From the human T2T-CHM13v2.0 reference genome, Homo sapiens, in the NCBI RefSeq assembly GCF_009914755.1, contig NC_060933.1: a stretch of 64,000 bases of DNA, one strand, 5' to 3'. Positions 55,044 through 64,000 of this stretch are shown one piece after another. The notes below the pieces were generated by a model. That model was not told where the DNA came from and searched no databases. It worked only from the letters and a program-made list of their open reading frames with translations. Within the stretch, counting starts at the first letter, position 1; every line of letters starts with the position of its first letter. The position numbers and the translations under genes are program-made.

Positions 55044-56505
55044 CTGAAGTGATAAAGACAAATTAGATTTATTTTCTTGCTCCCTTATGAAAGTCTTGAA
55101 ATCTATTATTATTTTCAATGGAAGGCTTATTTAAATGATGTTTCTGGTGGTTTTTATTATATATAAACTTTTTTATTTTTGCTTTGATGTAGCTAAGATA
55201 TTACAGACTTCACTTAGAATATGATGAAAGGAAGGTTAGGGTTACAAAATTGAAACCTCACAAGACCACTGTCTTAGATCAAAGACTTCAGCTGAAAATA
55301 ATGGGCTGGGTTCTGATAATTCATTCTTACAAAGGAGTACACTTTTATCCAACCCAGGCTACATTATAATGTTTCTTTGCAGTATAATGTAACTAGGCAG
55401 GTAATAGCACTGAAAGACTTTTTAATAACCTTATTGTCTCCTAATCTTAATATCTTTAGTAAGAGTGAGAAGCTATAAAAATAGTAAAATATGTGATGTA
55501 TAATTTTAAGAGGGATAGTAACATACTCTTCTTATAAAAAGTTTAATGCTTAAGATAAGTAATGATTTCAATATGAGCATTATGTAAATTATATTTATAC
55601 ACATGTCTAAGTATGTTTGCAAATATATCATACATATATACATATATATGTGTGTGTGTGCACATGTATACACACACATTACCCAGAGCACACAACCATT
55701 CATAATAATGCCACATTTAACTGGCAATCACTTAGGTGTTATAAAGACTACTGAGAATGTGGAAATAAACAAAACAGCACCTGAACATTACAAATCAATT
55801 ACGTAAAACACTTTCATTTAAGATTGTGAATATTATTTGTAGGAACATTCTACATTCCCATGTTTGGTTATCTAATTTTTCTGTCCTCAGGTTAAAATAT
55901 TCTGATTCTGAGTTTAGCTAGAAGGAGTAACAGTGTCAAAAGCAAGACATTGTCAATTGATATCTGCATACATGCAAATATGTAGCACATTTATACACAC
56001 ATCAGGTTTGTTTATTAAGTGTATAACAAATGACTTTCTCTCTTTAACTGATACTGAAGGCATCCCTATATTAAAAGCCCAAGATAAAATTGGTCATAGC
56101 AATGATATATGAAATCCTTCAATGATTTTATACAATTAGCTTTTGAAAGTAAAATATGTGTATGCTATACTGAAGAATAACACATTTACACAAATATTTT
56201 TTAAACTGAAGCATATATATATATATATAGATATATAGATATAGTTATAGTCTACCTATCTGAAATGTTTACTTTAGGCCTTGAGAAAGAGAATATATTT
56301 ATTCTAAACCTATTTTTTTAATAATTAAATTGGTATCATAACACACACCTTGTTATAAAAACTATATGATTAAGAGAATAAGACAAGCCACAGGGTGGAA
56401 GAAACATTTGCACAAGATATAGCTGATAAAAAACTGTTATCCAAAATATGCAAAGAACTCTTCAAACTCAACAATAAGAAAACAATCTGATTAAAAAATG
56501 CTCAA

Positions 56506-57212
<707 letters not shown>

Positions 57213-58461
57213 ATGGAAGATAAGCATATGAAAAGTTGCTCAACATCATATGACATTAAGAAAGTGAAAATTAAAACAATGCGGTACCACTACGATCTAT
57301 TCCCATGGGGAAAATCCAAAACACTGACAACATTAAATTATGGTAAGGATGTGGAACAACAGAAATTATCATTTATTTCCAGTGGGAATCCAAAATGATA
57401 CAGCCATTTTGGAAGATAGTTTGACAGTTTCTTATAAAATTAAACATACACCTACCATACGTTCACATTCTTTAGTATTTACCAAAATGCGTTGAAAACT
57501 TATGTCCACATAAAATCCTACACAGATGCTTAGGGGAGCTTTATTGACAATTGTCAAAACTTGGAAACTCCAAGATGTCCTTCAGTAGGTAAATGTACAA
57601 ATACACTGATACATCCAGACAATAGAATATTATTCAGTGCTAAAAAGAAATGATCTCCTAAGCCATGAAAGAAATGTAGGAAAATTAAATACATATCACT
57701 AAGAGAAAGAAGCTGATCTTAAAGGGCTACATACTGCATGATTCCAATTACATGAAATTCTAAAAAATAATAAATAAATAAAGGCAATACTATTGATATA
57801 TTTAAAAGATCCATGATTGCCAGGTTAGGGAGCAGTGCAGAGGAATAGGTAGAACATGGAGGATTTTTAGGGTGATGAAACAGTCTGTATGATACTATAA
57901 TGGTGGATACATCATTAAAATTTGCTCAAACCTATAGAAGATGCAGCAAGAGTGAATCCTAATGTGAACTATGAACTCTGAGTGATAATAATGTGTTGAC
58001 ATAGGTTCATCAATTGTAACAAATGTACTTCTCTGGTGGGGGATGTTGATAGTGGGAAAGGTTGTAGGTGAATAGGAAAAGATATATATATATATATACA
58101 TAGGAACACTGTAATTTCCTCTTGATTTCTCTGTGAACCTACAACTGCTCTAAAAATGTAAAGTCTACATATTTACAAAAAAACTAAATGAGAAGACAAA
58201 AGTATGCAAGAGTTTAGCATCATGTTTGATGTGTAGTATGCACTCAATAAATAACAACCACTTGAATAGTTAATAATGTTAAATCCCAAACACCTAGCAG
58301 AGAGTCTCACACACAATATGTACTTGGAAAATATTTTTACTAAGTGAATGAATAAAACATTGGATCCTCCACCTGTGTCATGTCAAAAGAAACATAATAA
58401 AATGAAATAAAGTTTATAAATTTTATAGTAAAAAATTGAGACAAATTATCTATGGTTTCAA

Positions 58462-58850
58462 GATACACCGTGAAATACTATGCAGCCATAAAAAAAAAGG
58501 TCATGTCCTTTGCAGGGACATGGATGAAACTGGAAACCACCATTCTCAGCAAAGTTACACAAGAAGAAAAAAACAAACACCACATATTCTCACTCATAAG
58601 TGGGAGTTGAACAGTGAGAACGCATGGACACAGGGAGGAGAACATCACACACCGGGGGCCTGTCGAGGGTTGGGAGGTGGGGTGGGATAGCATTAGGAGA
58701 AATACCTAATGTAAATGACGAGTTGATGAGTGCAGCAAACCAACATGGCACAGGTATACCTATGTAACAAACATGCACGTTGTGCATATGTACCCCAGAA
58801 CTTGAAATATAATAATAGTGAAAAATAAATAAGTAAAAAAGAAAAAGAAA
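58462..58850 (+). mobile_element. 5'-truncated L1PA (about PA5-PA7) 3' end
   Basis: tactatgcagccataaaa...gggatagcattaggagaaatacctaatgtaaatgacgagttgatg. Confidence 0.9.
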
Positions 58851-59969
58851 ATAATCATGGCTAAATGTTGTTTATGACCGAATCTTTGTTTTTATTATTG
58901 GCAGAATTTTTTTAAAAGAATACAAGATTGAAGAAATATAAAGCATTCTTTGACATAGGACCCACAAGGCTTGCCACATGGGGGCAAACCAATTGTACAT
59001 CGTCCTTCCTTTGATGGTGGTCTATGCCATATGCTTTAGAGTAACACAAATGGACAAAACCTCCATAAGTACCTAGTTGAGGAGTGCAATATAAAACAGT
59101 GAGATTTTCCCCCCGACCTAAAGAGAGGATGGGTCCCAATGGCCCTTACATATTTAATTCAGCCAAGTGGAACTCATTTGACTTTTATGCTTAATTTTGA
59201 GTTTTATGTTTAGTTTCTTTTTTTGAATTTCGCTAAAATATTTGCCTCCATATGTCTTCCAGCGGTATCTTTTGCAAAGTCACAATGATTCTTCTATGTA
59301 TTACAGGTGCTGTTTTATTTTTTTTATTTAATGAGAGTAATGTCAGCATTATCTAAATGGAGAATTGAGTATGATGGTTTTCATCATTGATATAATCAAA
59401 AGTCAGATGTACCAGGAAACTAAAACTCTGATGGTAAAATCATTCATTATCCAATTGCTCTGGAAGAACAAAGAGGATATACTAGGTTGTTTTTGGTGAA
59501 AATTTAAACATCATTTCGCCTTATATCCTACCCATTTATCTCCCGAACTGGGTTGGCTGTTTCTTTACCCTAAAAGGACTTCACATTTAGTACTTATAAT
59601 GTATTAAAATTGACTCTTCATTTTCTCTCAAACTTGACTAGAAATTTCCTAAAAGGAAAGATTTCCTTCTTTACTGTTTTTCCGAACATCTAGTACAATG
59701 AATGACATGTAGTAGGAGTTTGATAACTGTTTGTAAAGCTAGAGTTCATACTTGGGAAGCAGCCTCGATCTCTCCAAGAAGATCACTTGTGAGATCCCTT
59801 CATTGTTCAGACAGATCTGGTTCTTTTATTGGCAGAGAAGGTTATATGCTATGAAAATTCTGGTCACTTCTTTCTGAAAAATGCCACCATTCAAGAGTCA
59901 TTAAGTAGCTTAAGATATTTTATCCTGGTCATTATCACTAGTACTCTTAATACGGCCGGCACTGCTGGG

Positions 59970-60150
59970 AAATCTTTATTGAGATCTTATTCCGTGTTAG
60001 GTACTGTGCTTTATAAGCATTATCTTATTTAATTGTCACAACAATTCTTGGTGCTTGTTATTATTGCTTATATTGAACATTGAAGCCCAGGCTTACTGAG
60101 GTAATAAGAGTTAGAGCCTAGATTTAAATCTGGCAGTTTGATTCAAGAGT
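59970..60150 (-). mobile_element. MIR
   Basis: tttattgag...taggtactgtgcttta...cattatcttatttaattgtcacaacaa. Confidence 0.65.
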
Positions 60151-60624
60151 TAGAAAGCAATCACATTTCAAAGAAGTAGAACACAAACTATCAAAACATT
60201 CTACTATGTGAATGTGATTATAATTATTTTTTATCTAAAAGCCAGGCAGGACTTTGGAAAGATGAGAATGAAAGAAAAGAGGTGAAGATATAATTACAGG
60301 ATACATAAAAACAGTTGCTTTTTTATTAAATTGATCACTAAACTATATATTAGTATTCAACTTGCAATTCATTAGTTACAAGTGAGGTGGAATATCACTT
60401 CATGCTTCCTATGTTTTTATTTAATATGTTTCAAATTTTCCCTAAAAATTTTACATATGTGTAGCTTAAAGATTCAAATCATTGTACAAGAATTATTTCC
60501 ACAGGCAGTTGTTTTATATGGCCTCCAATTCTTTATCTGAATATTTGAGAGAGAAAAAATTTCAACAAATAAATGTTTCAATGTTTTCAAAGTAAAATTA
60601 TGTTGCCAGGTGAAATTATAATAT

Positions 60625-60783
60625 AGTGGCTATTAACCTTTGTTGCTTATTATACTGGGGGCTTTTGGAAACCTTAACGCCAGGGCTATACATCAAATCA
60701 ATTAAGTCAGAATCTCTGGACATAGGACTCAGGTGTTAGTATTTTTTTTAAACCCCTGGGCATTCCAAAGTTGAGAATTACTG
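60625..60783. mobile_element. MER5-family element
   Basis: caattaagtcagaatctctgg...caaagttgagaattactg. Confidence 0.6.
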
Positions 60784-61399
60784 TTACAGAACCATTTGGA
60801 ATAGTTAATGATATACAAAATACCCTGAAAAAAAGCTTTTCCCTAGCAGTAACAGCTAGAGCTTCAGCTGTCAATGAAAAAATAAATAGTACAATAAAAA
60901 GTCACTAAAAGGGAAAATTATTACTACCAGTCATTGCTATTTGCATTCCTAAAAGGTGATTCAATCTCATCACAAGCAAACAAATATTTTGTAGTTGTAC
61001 TCACAACCATTGAAAATTGGGACGTTCCCAATAAACTAAAAGCAGAAGATAAACAGAACAGGAATAACCTATTCTACTTTGGAGATGAGGATACCTAAAA
61101 TAAGTTTTCAAGGTGAGGAAGCAACTTTATAGTCCTTTTCATAAATATACAGTGCTCATGATTACATATATTACTCTCTTCTGGGCTGTAAATGAATTTC
61201 CCTTGTATAATACATAGTCACAAATACCACTTAAAACACAATATATTTATTTTTAACATACTTTATTTAAATTAACATAGACTGGTATATGCCTTTTTTG
61301 TTTGTAAAGCTATTGGCCTAATTTTTATATGCTAACAGTATTTTTGCACTTCAAAAATTTCATGTAATTCCCCCGTGGTCAAAAGATAAATGAGAGCAG

Positions 61400-61760
61400 A
61401 TAAAGAAACACCTGGGCATATAAGATTTTGGATATTATTTTAGGTGACATCGGAAGCCTTTGGAGGTTGAGAGTGGAGGACTGACATGGCTTGATTTACA
61501 CATTAACAGAACATCTCCTCTGTGAAGAATAGACTATAGGGAGGTAAGGGGGCAAGCAAGAGGACAGGTTAAAGAGTTATTTCAGCTACCTTATTTTAGC
61601 TACAGCCAAGTATGAGATGTTGGTGGCCCTGGGTCAGTGAGTAGTAGAGATGCTTTGAGTGATGGGATCTTGAATATAGTTTAATAGATAATATTTTTCA
61701 AGACATAGATGTGGGTTATACTTGGGATATAGGATGTAGAAAAGAGGAGTCAAAGTAAAT
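61400..61760 (-). mobile_element. L2 fragment
   Basis: ggaagcctttggagg...gaagaatagactataggg. Confidence 0.6.
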
Positions 61761-62652
61761 ATGTAACTCTATCACAAGTTATTTGTGTTCAGAAACTGAG
61801 AGTTGCCCTAATATGATTATTAAGTAGGCATTTTTGAAATTTTAATTTCTTGATTTGTCTCACCAATGATGATCACTTTCTCAGGATTTTGAAGAAACTC
61901 ACAGTTCTTGTAGTTCAGATATGCATATATAACATAAACAAAGTGATTTCTAGTGATTTCCTTTGCCTTTATTCCAACATATACACAGATTATGCATAGA
62001 AAATTAATCTTGCAACAACTCAAATAACCTCATAAGTTATTTAGCTCCTTCTCATTATTATAAACTCAGAGCCTGAATCACTGGAAAGCTACGCTGCCAC
62101 CAATGCCAGGATTCATGACTTTGTCATTGTGTCACGTTTCAGCAGTGACTTTCAATAACCAGAAGTTGTGAAGATGTTAGGCAGCTTCATATGGAAATAA
62201 CGCTTTATTCAGGTAATGATCTAAATGTCCATTTTTTGTTACTAATAAACCACCACGTAACTTTCCATAAAGAAATGAAACTTCCTACTTCAGAAAAACA
62301 CTATTCTATTAATTTTTCTCTATGTGGGGGTCTAAATTAAATATGAAACCTGTGCCATATATTTCCAATGAGAGGCTATGCAAATTTTCTATAAATATTC
62401 AAGGTGGACCTGTCCCTTCCTCATTTCTCTACATTCCATTTTCTAATTAAGACTCGATTTTCAATAAATAAAAACTAATTATATGAAAATACTGGCCACT
62501 ACCCCAAAAGTAATATCTTAACAATCAGTGCTTCAGATGAATTAAACTAACTGTATATTTTTTTAAATTGCTAAACTAGATTCAGTTCATCTCTTTCTTA
62601 AATGTTTTCAAATCATATCTTTTGAATGTTTCAACCTAGAAGCATCTTCATG

Positions 62653-62748
62653 TTGCTGCCATTTAACATTATATTAAACTATGGTATCGTTGGACAATAA
62701 TTGCTACCATTTAACAATTATGCTAAACTATGGTATCATTAGACAATA
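62653..62748 (+). repeat. Two-copy ~48-bp tandem duplication
   Basis: ttgctgccatttaaca-ttatattaaactatggtatcgttggacaata / ttgctaccatttaacaattatgctaaactatggtatcattagacaata. Confidence 0.92.
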
Positions 62749-64000
62749 TAGAATACTTATGACTTACTCTACCTATACAGAATTTTCATATATGCTGTTT
62801 ATATTTGTCTTTCCATCACTGCAAGCTTCATAAAAACAAACAAACAAAAAAGTATGTCTAATTTGTTTGCCACTATTCAACTAGGGTCTTGCAAATAGCA
62901 CTAGGTTTGACATACAACATGATTCGAAGAAGATGGTGATGTAAGATGTTTACATTTTAGTCATCTAAGAAAATAAAGGAAGAAAGAGAAGGAAAAAGGG
63001 AGATAACTTGAAGAGGAGGAGGGCTGGAAGAGAAAAAGACCTTGTGTAAATAAGGAGATTTGAGTGCTTGTTTCAGCCCAGATATTAAACAGTTAAGTTA
63101 TTTTGAAGCAAGTGCTACTCTGGTGGAACAGTGAATTTAATCATCTGAACTCTGAAGTTCTTTGCAGATTTTATACTTCTTAACCTTAATTTGCAATATA
63201 GGTACATATGCACCAAACACATGTATGATATATATGATTCCTGATACAATTTAAAGTATATCAATGCCAAGTTTTATAAAAGTATTCAAATACTATATGA
63301 GAAATTACAAGATAGCATTCTTCTCATTGAGAGTAAAGAACTGTGTAATTCTTAACACTCCATACAGTTACAAAATATCTTGAGAGCTTGGAAGGCAGTC
63401 TCAGTTCCAGTATTTACCTACAGTATTACAGAACCTGCTACTATAAAGTATCATAACAAAACCATTACCTAATTGTTCTGGGAGTGACATTCAACTCTAT
63501 ATGTAGTAGAAAAAGAAAATTGTTCAAATGTATACCTTAGGTAGTTAACTTGGAAAACTGCACTTGCATTTCCTGAAGGAATGTAATCATGATCATTTCA
63601 TTTGTGCCACATAACTGCTATAACAGCAAGACGCTTTTTCATAAGAGAACACATTTGTGCCATAAATAAGCAATAATGTATAGAGAAAACCATCAGCAAG
63701 GATATGAAAGCTGAGTTTTGCTATGGCATTCCTTATTATTTTATGACATTTGAAGCAATAGAGTTTTTTCCTTCTGTTAAGAAATCTGAATAGTATCAAC
63801 ATGAAAAGGCTAAGAAAACATTTTCTATTAATACTTCGATAGATTCTATATGTAGGGGAAATGTGCTCAGTACAAAGTAAGATTCCTAAAAGACAAAGTA
63901 ATATTTCTAAAAATAACTAGACAACACATATCTACTGAAGGCTTGTCCGTTTTTAGAATTACATAAATTAATCCAGAAATGGGACTGCTATAAGGCATTA

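Noticed and set aside
60880-60934. Minus-strand ATGACTGGT start resembling the myoregulin N-terminus (MTG)
   Set aside because: It continues MTGSNNFPF and does not match; I found no SERCA-regulator micropeptide by eye.
62070-62212. Possible + strand exon ending CAG|GTAATG
   Set aside because: Weak pyrimidine tract and stops in all three frames; indistinguishable from a pseudo-exon.

Overview
AT-rich, non-coding human genomic DNA; a consensus-like AluYb8 indicates human. It looks like a large intron or an intergenic region, and I cannot name the locus. I see no credible protein-coding exon, rRNA/tRNA gene, CpG island or CRISPR-like array. The listed ORFs are chance ORFs or come from repeats; 43202-43444 is the L1 ORF2p C-terminus. 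The window is a patchwork of 11 Alus, L1 fragments of many ages, L2/MIR relics, ERV1/ERVL/MaLR LTRs (one two-LTR MaLR provirus), hAT/Tigger MERs and microsatellites. The signals most worth checking are: (1) a compact + strand candidate transcription unit at 23.1-23.7 kb (TATA at -31, Inr, 48-nt exon, donor, strong acceptor, AATAAA), whose first exon has a decayed copy 1.08 kb downstream; (2) a perfect 45-bp inverted repeat at 2582/3610 plus several other short local duplications; (3) a strong minus-strand 235-nt candidate exon bracketed by inverted Alus, with a young AluYb8 beside it; (4) an internal, tail-less L1 fragment inside a MER41 LTR. All of these are hypotheses from reading the sequence, and none demonstrates a new biological system. 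Repeat subfamily names are from memory of consensus sequences, and boundaries of old repeats are approximate.
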